Source: Phycisphaerales bacterium UBA1924
GTDB lineage: Bacteria; Planctomycetota; Phycisphaerae; Phycisphaerales; UBA1924
Reading direction: 5' to 3'
Length of the DNA stretch: 64,000 nt
Assembly (NCBI GenBank): GCA_965283805.1
Contig: CBDIPV010000001.1
Location: 1,510,925-1,574,924, forward strand
Part shown: positions 1 through 10,301 of the stretch, piece by piece
Numbering within the stretch: position 1 is the first letter of the stretch
Layout: each line of letters opens with the position of its first letter
Made by a program: the position numbers and the translations under genes
Notes under the pieces: generated by a model
What the model was told of the DNA's origin: nothing
The model's database searches: none
The model's input: the letters and a program-made list of their open reading frames with translations, nothing else

Positions 1-360
1 GAACAGCTCGTCGATATCGCCCTGAGACATGTTCTCCCAGACGGCCGAGCCGCTCAGATCCCATGTATCGGTGGCAAAGCCGAAGACAATCGGACCGTTC
101 GAACCGGCGGGCGCGTTGTGGATGTGCGCTCCGGGTGCAGCGGGATTCCCGACCAGATTGTCGGTGATGAGCCACTGGAACGAGAAAGACTGGTCATCGC
201 TGTCGTAGACGCCTGCCAAGAAACCCAGCGCAGGTGTATCGGCGGATGGAACTTCCTGATCGCCGCTGATATCGGCGCTGAAGACGAATGTTTCGGCCTG
301 CGCACCGGTGCACAAGGCGAGCGAGGCGGCGGCTACGGAAAGATTGATTTTATTGAGCAT
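1..360 (-). CDS. CHRD domain-containing secreted protein (C-terminal part outside window)
   Basis: Not in ORF track because it runs off the edge. Manual minus-strand translation from ATG at 360-358 gives MLNKINLSVAAASLALCTGAQA/ETFVFSADISGDQEVPSADTPALGF...APGAHIHNAPAGSNGPIVFGF. It has a signal peptide plus the SG.QEVP and GAHIH..G..GP motifs typical of CHRD domains. The frame is open to position 1. Confidence 0.6.
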   Translation of the reverse strand, partial: MLNKINLSVAAASLALCTGAQAETFVFSADISGDQEVPSADTPALGFLAGVYDSDDQSFSFQWLITDNLVGNPAAPGAHIHNAPAGSNGPIVFGFATDTWDLSGSAVWENMSQGDIDELF

Positions 361-539
361 TGAATGGCTCCTCTCGAGAAATGAACTTGGCAGGCGTTCC
401 CTCTGATCGCGCTGCACGCATCGATAATGTGGAGTCATTGCGCGGCATCATCCACCAAAGCAGAACTTTGGGCTTGAGATAAATTGAACTTCATGCAGAC
501 ACGCACCGGAACGGGGGATGACACCCGCCTCGCGTTGAT

Positions 540-1877
<1,338 letters not shown>

Positions 1878-1885
1878 ATCAATCT

Positions 1886-2353
1886 CTACGGCTGATCAGG
1901 GACCAAAGGTTCAGATTCGGGCTCTGCTTCCCGTCCGATGAACGAGAAATCTCTCAAATCAGCGGCTACAAGGGCATCCATTAGCTCGAACACGATTCCA
2001 ACTTCGGTTCGAACATCTACAGCCAGCAGTAGTGGCGCATCGGGCTGCGTTTCTCGCATCGCCAGCACCCGTTCAACCACCTGATCGAGGGGAGTGGGCT
2101 CGCGATTGATCACGACTTCCCCTGCCTCGTTGACGGAGATGGTGATCGGCGTCACCCGCTCGGCGGGTTGGCCCGCGGTCAGCTCGGGCAGGCGCACATC
2201 GAGCACATCGGCCCGCACCATCAGCACGATCGAGAACACGAAGAAGGTCAGCAGCAGGAAGACCACATCGATCATGGGTGTAAGCTCGACGCGTGCGTCA
2301 TCGCCCAGTCGCCGGACGCGCCGGTTGAGTCTGCCGTGGCTTGACATGCTCAT
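1886..2353 (-). CDS. exbD: biopolymer transport protein ExbD/TolR
   Basis: Carries the ELTPMIDVVFLLLTFFVF signature TM region of the ExbD/TolR family. The ATG at 2353-2351 overlaps the TGA of the upstream GT2 gene (ATGA). A GGAGGG Shine-Dalgarno lies just upstream. Confidence 0.85.
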   Translation of the reverse strand: MSMSSHGRLNRRVRRLGDDARVELTPMIDVVFLLLTFFVFSIVLMVRADVLDVRLPELTAGQPAERVTPITISVNEAGEVVINREPTPLDQVVERVLAMRETQPDAPLLLAVDVRTEVGIVFELMDALVAADLRDFSFIGREAEPESEPLVPDQP

Positions 2354-3555
2354 CCCTCCGCCTTTCGGACATAGCTGCGCCCGCCCCACTTTGTGGGCGT
2401 GCCCCGGGCCAGATCGTTGGCAGCATCCCAGAAGATGCGGCCTGTGAAGAGCCCACCGATGAAGACGAGCGGGACATCACGCATCGGCGCGTGGCTCATG
2501 CGGTAGATCATGCCCAGCCCGACAAGCCAGCTGATGATCCCCAGCAGCCCCAGCGAAAGGGCGATGGCGTCGATGCCATCGAGCAATGAGAGCGCCACGA
2601 GCACAACACACAGCGCGGGGAGCACGGTGGTCAAGATCGGAATGCGAAGGGCGTAGCGACGCAGCCGTTTGACCTCCCGGTTCGCCGATTCTGTGTAGAT
2701 GCGCTTCCAGCCGCGGGTGTACTCGGGCCAGGTGTCGTACATGCGGCATCGGAGCATCCTGTCTGCCATGAGCAGGCCGCCGCGATAGTTCTGATACATG
2801 ATTCGACGCGCGAACGCGATGTCCTCGAGGATCGCGTCGCGTACCGATTCGTGCCCGCCGATTGCTTTGTAGACCTCCGCGTTGAACATCATGAACTGCC
2901 CGTTGGCAAATGCCCGTTGATATTCATCGGCACGGTTCACACGCAGCAGCGGGTACTGGCGAGCAAGCTCGAAGGCGGTGATCGGCTGGACCACACGCTC
3001 GAACCATGACTCGCTGTTGAGGGTGGAGAGCAAACTGAAGAAATCGAGCTGTCGATCACGCATCAGGGCGATGCACGCACGCACACATGCGGCGTCCATC
3101 TGGGTGTCCGCATCGGTGAAAATCAGCACCTCGGTGTTGCGGGCGTGCTCGCTGTGTTCGAATGCGCAGTGAGCGGCGTGTACCTTGCCCGCCCAATCGT
3201 CGGGGCACTGGTTGATCTCGATGATCTCGAATCGGTCATCGTCGCCGATCGCCTTGCGGGCCACCCCGCTGGTGTCGTCGGTGCAGCGGTCGAGCGCGAG
3301 CACGACACGCATGCGGTCATAATCCTGCTCGCGGAGTGACGCGATGAGCGTGGCGATGTTGCCCGCCTCGTTGTGGCACGGAACGATCACGCAGACGCGT
3401 TGCGTGGGCGGTCGGCGTTCAGCGATCGCGATGCCAGAGCGGGCAGTGGGCAGCAGTCTTTGCGTCCGCCAGACCTGCACCCCCACGGCCAGCCAGTAGG
3501 TCATGCACATCACCGCGCAGAGCATCAGAACCATAATGACAACATCGGGAAGCAT
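2350..3555 (-). CDS. membrane-bound family 2 glycosyltransferase (HpnI / ceramide-glucosyltransferase-like)
   Basis: 401 aa with an N-terminal TM. GT2 motifs are VIVPCHNEAGNI, DRCTDDT and FTDADT, with a C-terminal RGWKRIY region and C-terminal TM helices. Confidence 0.75.
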   Translation of the reverse strand: MLPDVVIMVLMLCAVMCMTYWLAVGVQVWRTQRLLPTARSGIAIAERRPPTQRVCVIVPCHNEAGNIATLIASLREQDYDRMRVVLALDRCTDDTSGVARKAIGDDDRFEIIEINQCPDDWAGKVHAAHCAFEHSEHARNTEVLIFTDADTQMDAACVRACIALMRDRQLDFFSLLSTLNSESWFERVVQPITAFELARQYPLLRVNRADEYQRAFANGQFMMFNAEVYKAIGGHESVRDAILEDIAFARRIMYQNYRGGLLMADRMLRCRMYDTWPEYTRGWKRIYTESANREVKRLRRYALRIPILTTVLPALCVVLVALSLLDGIDAIALSLGLLGIISWLVGLGMIYRMSHAPMRDVPLVFIGGLFTGRIFWDAANDLARGTPTKWGGRSYVRKAEG

Positions 3556-3605
3556 TGCTTGATGTTAGGGGTCCTGAGACCACGAGCATGCCGGATGTCT
3601 CAGCG

Positions 3606-3641
3606 GGAAAATCGTGTGCCCGCCTGTTTCAGCGGGCACAC
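3606..3641 (-). terminator. putative intrinsic terminator downstream of 3680..5935
   Basis: Inverted repeat gtgtgcccgc/gcgggcacac (3614-3641), followed on the minus strand by gattttcc. Confidence 0.45.
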
Positions 3642-3679
3642 GCAGAAGCTTGAGTCCTCAACGCAAAGCAGCCACTGGA

Positions 3680-5935
3680 TCAGGGGCAACCCGCGCTGAA
3701 TGCCGCTAGGAAGACGCTGACATCAAAGAAGTCGAGGATTCCATCGCCGTTAAGGTCCGCGGGGCAACGCAGGTCGAACGAAACCAGATACCCGGCCGAG
3801 TTGCCGGGGTTGTCGCAGTTGAGTACTGATTGATCGCCCACATTGAGGCGAACGGTGTAGGCGCAGGGCTCGAGTCCGCTCGTGTCCCAGTTCGCGAGCA
3901 CATCACTTGTCACAGGGGTATTGCCCGTGGCGATGGTGACCCACCCGCTGTTGCTCCCGCCGGTGTACTGCACACTCCACCCACCGAGGTTTGTGTCAGA
4001 GGCCGTGCCCTTGATCTCGATGATCTCGCCGGGGCTGCGGTACTCGCAGGCGATGGGTGTGTCGATGAGTGCGATCGGCGCGGTATTGTCAACTTCACCC
4101 GTGAAGGTGACTGTGCGTGAATCGCCGCACACATTGGTGGCCACGACACGGATCTCGTATGCCCCATCGGGCACGCCGAGACCCACGGTGTCCCATTCCG
4201 CGAGCGTGGTGTTGGTTCGTCCTCCGCTGTAGGTTGGACTCGAAGGATCGACTGGCAGGAAGGCACCGCCGGCCATTGGTCGATACTCAACGGTGTATTG
4301 CGTGGTACCGCAGCCGGCGTCGCCGATCGAGCCGAAGATGCACACCGTGCGGCCGACGATCGAAACCGCCGAGCCATCGATGCCCGCGCCGAAGCGGGCA
4401 ATAACCGTATCAAAGTCACTGCCGAGGTAGACAACCGCTTCGTCGCTTGCGGAGATCCCGCCTGTGTTGGTCCCGGTCAGACGCAGCAGGTACTGCCCCT
4501 CGGGGAGCCCGCTGGTGTTCCAACTGGCCAGCGTGTTGTTGATCACCGTGTTTGAACCCGTGGCGATCGTTGTGTAACTGGGAGTCCCCAGACGACGGTA
4601 CTCAAGAATATAGCCGCCGAGCAGGGTGCCCGGCGCGGGGTTCACGGTGCCGGTGATGGTGTTGATCCCCGCACAAATACAGCTCCCATCGCTTGGGTTG
4701 ATCAGGTCAACGAAGGGCGGGGGACCACCAATGACGGTCGATTGGTTGAGATAGATTGAGAGCGAGCTGCTGTTCAGATTCGGTGATGCAGCATCAAGAT
4801 CGCCGTCGCCGTCGAGGTCCACTACCGCGGCTCTCTGTGGGCTGATCTGGGTGACATATGTACTATCGAGCGTGAGCCCTCCCGAGCCGTTGTTGATGAG
4901 CACCGAGAGCCGATCGCCGGTCTCGCTGGCGACAATCAGATCGGGATCGCCGTCGAGCGAGCTTGGGCCACCGTCGATGTCGGCAACCGTGATCGCGATC
5001 GGCCCCGAGGGGACCGCGACATTGACTCCTCCAGTAAAAGTCGGGAATGTCGCGCCGGTCTGCACCCGATTGCTCAGACGCGTCGATACGGTCGCGCTAT
5101 CGCGATTTGCCGTGACGATATCGATATCCCCGTCGCGATCGATATCAACCAGCTGCACATCTTGCGGGTTGTTGCCCACAGGGATGTAGAAGGCGAAGTC
5201 GCCCGAGAAATAGGACCCCGGGCTGCCGGAGATGTTGTACATCACGGTGCATGAGGCGCTGAATGCGTTGGCGGTGACGATATCGGGGAGACCGTCGGCG
5301 TTGAGATCCTGCAGCGCAATCGCTGATGGGCCATTCCCGCCCGTCCCCCCCGCGTTGGTTGTATAGGTGCCGATCGTTGTCCATGACGTTCCAGATCCGT
5401 CGCCGGCAACGACGCTCACAGTATCAGCTGACATGTTGGCACTGACGATATCGGGCTGCCCGTCGGCGTTGACATCGGCGACTGCGATGCTTTCGGGACC
5501 GCTCCCGACAACAAAGAAGACCTCAGGGAGAAACGCCCCCCCGGTGCTGCCTCGCAGCACCGAGACATCGTTGGTCCCGGTGTTTGCAGTAATGAGATCG
5601 AGGTCGCCATCAAGGTTGACATCCGCGGCCCGGATCGCACCCGGGTTCTCGCCGACACCATAGAAGACCGGCGTTTGGAAAGTGCCGTCGCCGTTGTTGA
5701 GCAGCACCGCGACACGACCGAGATTATCTGATGAAGCGGTCTGGAAACAGATTGCGATATCAATATCGCCGTCGCCATCGAAGTCGCCCGATGCCGAATC
5801 GGTCGGGCGATTCTCATCCAACGGAATGTCCGTCCGGGGACCAAAGCCCGCGAACTGGGCCATCGCTGTTCCTGTAGAAAGACATATGCCCGCCAGCAGC
5901 GACCAGTGCCGCGCCTTCAACTTCGCAGAGTTCAT
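3680..5935 (-). CDS. secreted FG-GAP/VCBS-repeat protein with C-terminal GC-type dockerin-like module
   Basis: 751 aa with a signal peptide (LLAGICLSTGTAMAQ). It has repeated D.DGDGD.D / VADVN.DG calcium-binding FG-GAP motifs followed by Ig-like regions. It ends CPADLNGDGILDFFDVSVFLAAFSAGCP-stop. Confidence 0.8.
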   Translation of the reverse strand: MNSAKLKARHWSLLAGICLSTGTAMAQFAGFGPRTDIPLDENRPTDSASGDFDGDGDIDIAICFQTASSDNLGRVAVLLNNGDGTFQTPVFYGVGENPGAIRAADVNLDGDLDLITANTGTNDVSVLRGSTGGAFLPEVFFVVGSGPESIAVADVNADGQPDIVSANMSADTVSVVAGDGSGTSWTTIGTYTTNAGGTGGNGPSAIALQDLNADGLPDIVTANAFSASCTVMYNISGSPGSYFSGDFAFYIPVGNNPQDVQLVDIDRDGDIDIVTANRDSATVSTRLSNRVQTGATFPTFTGGVNVAVPSGPIAITVADIDGGPSSLDGDPDLIVASETGDRLSVLINNGSGGLTLDSTYVTQISPQRAAVVDLDGDGDLDAASPNLNSSSLSIYLNQSTVIGGPPPFVDLINPSDGSCICAGINTITGTVNPAPGTLLGGYILEYRRLGTPSYTTIATGSNTVINNTLASWNTSGLPEGQYLLRLTGTNTGGISASDEAVVYLGSDFDTVIARFGAGIDGSAVSIVGRTVCIFGSIGDAGCGTTQYTVEYRPMAGGAFLPVDPSSPTYSGGRTNTTLAEWDTVGLGVPDGAYEIRVVATNVCGDSRTVTFTGEVDNTAPIALIDTPIACEYRSPGEIIEIKGTASDTNLGGWSVQYTGGSNSGWVTIATGNTPVTSDVLANWDTSGLEPCAYTVRLNVGDQSVLNCDNPGNSAGYLVSFDLRCPADLNGDGILDFFDVSVFLAAFSAGCP

Positions 5936-6105
5936 GATGTGTACCTCTCATTTTTGCTTGATGTACTCGCCCCTTACGAGCATGGAGAGCCAATGTTATC
6001 GGATGATGCTCCGTCCCACAACGGACATCTCGCGCTTTCTGGTCGTATTTACCTATAAACTAGCGCGACGCAGCACCAAGCCAATCACGCTACTATTTCT
6101 GATCA

Positions 6106-6885
6106 ATGCGTGAGCGTGAACCCGACCATTTCCGCGTCCAAGGGCCCAGCGCACCGCCGCGAAGGTCGCTGCGCGTGCCCTTGTTCGAGTTGAGCAGCGA
6201 GCAGTCACGCCAGCTGGATCGACTCGCGGTTGAACGCTACGGCATCCCATCCATCGTCCTGATGGAAAACGCCTGCATCGGACTGCGCATACACGCCATG
6301 AAGTTGCTCAGTGGGATCAACACACCGAGCGTGCTCATCTGCTGCGGACCGGGAAACAACGGTGGCGACGGCTTCGCGCTCGCACGGCACCTGCACAACG
6401 AAGGGGTCGAGGTGCGGGTCATCTGCACCCACCCAACCGATCAGTACACGGGCGATGCGGCGACGAATCTTGAAACGGTCAAGCGGATGGGAATCTCTAT
6501 TTCGCTGGCTGATGGCTTGCCAGATGCCGCGCGGTCTCAGGCGGGGCTGCTCATCGTGGACGCGCTGCTGGGTACCGGGCTGAGCAGGCCCATCGAAGGG
6601 GCCGCCGCAGGTGTGGTGGACTGGATCAACACCATGCGACAGAAGCACGGCACACGGGTGCTGAGCGTGGATCTGCCCAGCGGGCTCGATGCGGATACGG
6701 GCGAGGCATTGGGCGGGCGTGCGGTGCGGGCGGATGTGACGGTTACGATGGCGGCGCTCAAGCCGTGCATGGCCCGGGTGGAAGCCCATGACTATCTGGG
6801 GAGTGTGTCTGTGGTACCGATCGGGGTGCCGATCGAGCTGCTGCGTGAGCTAGGCACACCGATCGTGGCCAAGCACCGTGATTGA
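6106..6885 (+). CDS. nnrE: NAD(P)H-hydrate epimerase (YjeF N-terminal domain only)
   Basis: GPGNNGGDGFALARHL motif and DALLGTGL motif. At 259 aa there is no C-terminal dehydratase domain. The start is uncertain. Confidence 0.75.
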   Translation: MREREPDHFRVQGPSAPPRRSLRVPLFELSSEQSRQLDRLAVERYGIPSIVLMENACIGLRIHAMKLLSGINTPSVLICCGPGNNGGDGFALARHLHNEGVEVRVICTHPTDQYTGDAATNLETVKRMGISISLADGLPDAARSQAGLLIVDALLGTGLSRPIEGAAAGVVDWINTMRQKHGTRVLSVDLPSGLDADTGEALGGRAVRADVTVTMAALKPCMARVEAHDYLGSVSVVPIGVPIELLRELGTPIVAKHRD

Positions 6886-6913
6886 TGCTTTAGTTTAACT
6901 GGCTGAAAGCATC
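6884..6913. terminator. hairpin between convergent genes (possible bidirectional terminator)
   Basis: gatgcttt...aaagcatc 8-bp stem with a 14-nt loop, between the nnrE stop (6885) and the SDR stop (6921). There is no clear U-tract. Confidence 0.3.
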
Positions 6914-6920
6914 AGCAGGC

Positions 6921-7658
6921 TTACTTTGCCCGCGCGTGGGCCAGGCCGCCATCGATCCCGAACACCTGGCCGGTGATCCATGAGCCCTGGGGCTCGATGA
7001 TCATCTGGATGACGCGGGCGATGTCTTGGGGCTGGCCGATGCGTTTGAGCGGGTGCATCGCCTCGCTTGCTTTTCGCGATGGCTCGCTCGAGAGGATCCC
7101 CGCGGCGAGCGGTGTCTCGACGAGTCCGGGCGCAACCGCGTTGAATCGGATGTTATTGCCCGCGTAGCTGGCCGCGGCGGATCGCACCAAGCCCTCGACC
7201 CCGGCTTTGGCTGCGCTGATGGCTTCGTGGTTGCTCAGCCCGACCTGCGCGGCGCAGCTTGACATGAGCACCACGCTCCCGCCCTGCTTGCGCATGTGCT
7301 TGCCCGCGGCCCGGACACACGAAAACGCGGTTGTGAGGCTTTGGCGAAGCGTCTCTTGAAACTCCTCGTCGCTTGTCGAGTGGGCCGGCTTGAGCAGGAT
7401 CGAGCCCGCGAGATTCACCAACGCGGTCGAGTCCGGGTGCTCAGCGAGCAGCGAATCCACGGCTTGGAAATCTGCGGCATCCAGGGCGTGCACGCCTTCG
7501 ACGCACTGGCCCAGTGATCTGGCGTGCTCGTCGAGCTTGATTCGATCCCGACCCGCCAGAACGAGCGACCAGCCCGATTTTGCGAGTGATCTGGTGAGTT
7601 CGCTACCGATACCTCCGGCTGCTCCGATGATGATGGCCTGTTTCTGATCGTTTGACAT
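6921..7658 (-). CDS. SDR family oxidoreductase
   Basis: IIGAAGGIGSEL Rossmann motif with typical SDR length and C-terminal region. ATG at 7658 follows a GGGAGG Shine-Dalgarno. Confidence 0.8.
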   Translation of the reverse strand: MSNDQKQAIIIGAAGGIGSELTRSLAKSGWSLVLAGRDRIKLDEHARSLGQCVEGVHALDAADFQAVDSLLAEHPDSTALVNLAGSILLKPAHSTSDEEFQETLRQSLTTAFSCVRAAGKHMRKQGGSVVLMSSCAAQVGLSNHEAISAAKAGVEGLVRSAAASYAGNNIRFNAVAPGLVETPLAAGILSSEPSRKASEAMHPLKRIGQPQDIARVIQMIIEPQGSWITGQVFGIDGGLAHARAK

Positions 7659-7799
7659 GCGGATTTCGCCTCCCAAGTGCTGTTGGCCGGTTGCATTCGA
7701 GCTATTGGGGCGCGCCGATCCAGAAACCCCCGATTCTCATCGCGCTATAATGATCCATTGAACACCCATACTGGCGTTCGCAGCCACCCGGACCTCCCC

Positions 7800-8231
7800 A
7801 TGCTCATCGAGATGCATCTTGCCCGAATACTGATTCGTGAGCACACAAGCGCACAGCTGATCGAGCTGCGCGAGATGCACCCGCTGCATGGCGAGCCCCG
7901 CTCGATTCCCATCGTGATCGGGATCAGCGAAGCCATTGCGATCGATCGCCGCCTGTCGGGCTTTGAGGTCGGTCGCCCCATGACCCATGACTTGCTTGCG
8001 AACACGATCGAATCGCTGGGCGGCACCCTCGAGTCCATCGCGATCACGAGCATCGTTGACGGGACATTCTTTGCCCATCTGAACATCACTGACCGCGATG
8101 GGCACCGCGTCGAGGTCGATGCCCGCCCGAGTGATGCGATCGCGCTTGGGGTTGCGGGCGATGTCCCGATCTATGTGAGCGACGAGGTGATCGAGGACGC
8201 GATCATGCCGCCGCTGGACGGGTTCGAGTGA
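7800..8231 (+). CDS. bifunctional nuclease family protein (DUF151/BFN)
   Basis: IPIVIGISEAIAIDRRL...RPMTHDLL...DGTFFAHL...DARPSDAIALGV..PIYVSDEV matches the BFN-domain pattern. The internal ATG at 7800 was chosen as the start. Confidence 0.75.
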   Translation: MLIEMHLARILIREHTSAQLIELREMHPLHGEPRSIPIVIGISEAIAIDRRLSGFEVGRPMTHDLLANTIESLGGTLESIAITSIVDGTFFAHLNITDRDGHRVEVDARPSDAIALGVAGDVPIYVSDEVIEDAIMPPLDGFE

Positions 8232-9574
8232 TGGACACGACCCGCAGCAAATCCGACCCGATCGAGGAGCTGGCATCCTTTGAGACGGGCGTGTCCACGC
8301 CGCTCTATCTCTCGCATGAGGTCAAGGGCATCGGCGGGACGATCAAGGATCACCCCGAGGACTTCCTGGTCGAGGAGATCCCACTCTATCGCCCATCTGG
8401 AACGGGTGAGCATGTCTATCTGTTCATCGAAAAACGGGGACTGACCACGCTGCAACTGCGTGATGCCATTGCGCACCATTTTAAGGTCGATCGCCGAGCG
8501 GTCGGCCACGCCGGGCTCAAGGACAAGCATGCGGTCACACGCCAGGTGATCTCGGTGCACACGCCGGGCAAGAACCCGGAAGACTTTCCGAGCTTCGAGC
8601 ACGACCGCGCCCGCGTGCTGTGGGTTGATCTGCACGAGAACAAGCTGCAGCGCGGACATTTGAGCGGCAACCGATTCTCGATCAAAGTCCGCGGCGTGGA
8701 TCCATTGAGCGTACGACACGCCAAGGCCTCGCTCGATCTGCTCGCGCATGTCGGCATCCCCAACAGGTTCGGTGAGCAGCGATTCGGTTACCTGATGAAT
8801 AACCATCTTGTGGGCCGGGCACTGATCCTTGGTGATCACCAGCACGCGCTGGATCTGATCCTGAGCCCGAAACAGGGTGCTCCAAAGGGGAGCGTTGGTT
8901 CCAGAGCCGCGTACGCGCGGGGTGAGTTCGAGACGGCGTATGAGCTGATGCCCAAGGTCTTCAAGCTCGAACGCAACGCGCTGCGCTCGCTGAGCAAGGG
9001 CGAGCCCGCAGATCGTGCGATCAGGGCGATCGACCAGACCGCGGCGGGGTTCTTCATCTCGTCGTTTCAGTCGGCGGTCTTCAACGCCGTGCTCAACGAC
9101 CGGGTCCGATCGGGCACGCTCGATCAGCTTGAAGCTGGCGACCTTGCGTTCGTGCTCAAGAGCCGGGCGAGCTTTGCGGTGACTCAGCGAGAGCTTGAGG
9201 AAGACCGCGACAGCCTGCAATCGCGGATGGAATCGTTTGAGCTGAGCCCGTCGGGGCCGATGTGGGGCACCAGCATGCCCCTTGCCGGGGGACAAGTGAG
9301 CGAACGCGAGCTGGCTGCCCTTGCCCAGGCGGGGGTGACACCGAAAGATATAGAGCTGAGCGAGCAGCGAGATGGCTTTCCCATGATTGGGGGAGATCGT
9401 CGCCCGCTGCGAATCCCGCTGATCGACCCCGAGGTCGAGGGCGGATTGGACGAGCATGGGGCATACATTCGGTGTGCGTTCGAACTCCCGCGTGGCTCGT
9501 TCGCGACAACAGTGATGGACGAGATCATGAAGATCCCGTCGCAGCAGGGTGTGGAGAACGGTGATGGATCATGA
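8231..9574 (+). CDS. truD: tRNA pseudouridine(13) synthase TruD
   Basis: EDFLVEEIPLY...GEHVYLFIEKRGLTT...GHAGLKDKHAVTRQ are hallmark TruD motifs. The start overlaps the BFN stop (GTGATG). Confidence 0.85.
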   Translation: MDTTRSKSDPIEELASFETGVSTPLYLSHEVKGIGGTIKDHPEDFLVEEIPLYRPSGTGEHVYLFIEKRGLTTLQLRDAIAHHFKVDRRAVGHAGLKDKHAVTRQVISVHTPGKNPEDFPSFEHDRARVLWVDLHENKLQRGHLSGNRFSIKVRGVDPLSVRHAKASLDLLAHVGIPNRFGEQRFGYLMNNHLVGRALILGDHQHALDLILSPKQGAPKGSVGSRAAYARGEFETAYELMPKVFKLERNALRSLSKGEPADRAIRAIDQTAAGFFISSFQSAVFNAVLNDRVRSGTLDQLEAGDLAFVLKSRASFAVTQRELEEDRDSLQSRMESFELSPSGPMWGTSMPLAGGQVSERELAALAQAGVTPKDIELSEQRDGFPMIGGDRRPLRIPLIDPEVEGGLDEHGAYIRCAFELPRGSFATTVMDEIMKIPSQQGVENGDGS

Positions 9575-10199
9575 CATTCGGCTCGTCTGCTTCGACTGGG
9601 GCGGGGTGATCCTGAAAATTTGTCGGACTTGGGAAGAGGGCTGCAAGGCCGCGGGTATCAAATCGCCATCCAAGAAGATTGCCGCGAGATGCCTTGCCAA
9701 GCAGGAATCGATCGCCAAGCGCTTTCAGACGGGGCAGATGAGCGATAAAGCGTTCTTTCGTGCGATCGCCAAGGAATCGGAAGAGTTCCACAGCATCGAC
9801 GACATCGCCGCGGTGCACCACGCCTGGCTGCTTGAGGAATACAAGGGGGTCGATGAGCTGATTGATGAGCTCAACGATTTCGCTGATCTGTCTACGGCGT
9901 TGTTCTCGAACACGAACGCCTCGCACTGGGCGCGTATGGAAGAGGACTTCCCGGCCGCGATGCTCATCGAGCATCGCCACGCGAGCCACCTCTTCGGCCT
10001 TGCCAAGCCCGATGAAAAGGCCTTCGCCGCCTTTGAGCGCCGGGTGGGCGCCGCGGGGAATCAGATCCTGTTCTTCGAGGACACCCAGGCGCATGTGGAT
10101 GCCGCCCGTGCGTTCGGGTGGTGCGCTGAGCTGGTCGACCACAAGGGCGACACCGCGAAGCAGATGCGCAAGCATCTCGAGGCGTACGACATTCTTTGA
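9564..10199 (+). CDS. HAD family hydrolase
   Basis: The DxD-type motif I is degenerate (LVCFDWGGVI). A later FEDT motif is present. ATG at 9564 follows a GGAGAA Shine-Dalgarno and overlaps the truD end. Confidence 0.65.
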   Translation: MDHDIRLVCFDWGGVILKICRTWEEGCKAAGIKSPSKKIAARCLAKQESIAKRFQTGQMSDKAFFRAIAKESEEFHSIDDIAAVHHAWLLEEYKGVDELIDELNDFADLSTALFSNTNASHWARMEEDFPAAMLIEHRHASHLFGLAKPDEKAFAAFERRVGAAGNQILFFEDTQAHVDAARAFGWCAELVDHKGDTAKQMRKHLEAYDIL

Positions 10200-10270
10200 T
10201 CAGACATACTTTGATCAGACATACTTTGATCAGACCGGCTTTGATCAGACCGGCTTTGATCAGACCCGGC
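10195..10270. repeat. 5 x 15-bp tandem repeat containing TGATCA palindromes
   Basis: TTTGATCAGACATAC x2, TTTGATCAGACCGGC x2, TTTGATCAGACCCGGC x1. It begins inside the HAD stop codon and fills the convergent intergenic gap. Confidence 0.9.
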
Positions 10271-10301
10271 GCTGATGTGCTCTTGATCTGTGTGAGCGAG
10301 T

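Noticed and set aside
7740-7760. A perfect TATAAT hexamer at 7746-7751 upstream of the BFN gene, as a promoter -10 box
   Set aside because: No convincing -35 element lies at 16-18 bp spacing, and promoter consensus for this lineage is uncertain. This is too weak to call.
10195-10270. The 15-bp tandem repeat as a CRISPR array
   Set aside because: The units are directly adjacent with no spacers and are only 15 bp long, and there are no cas genes in the window. It is a tandem (VNTR-like) repeat.
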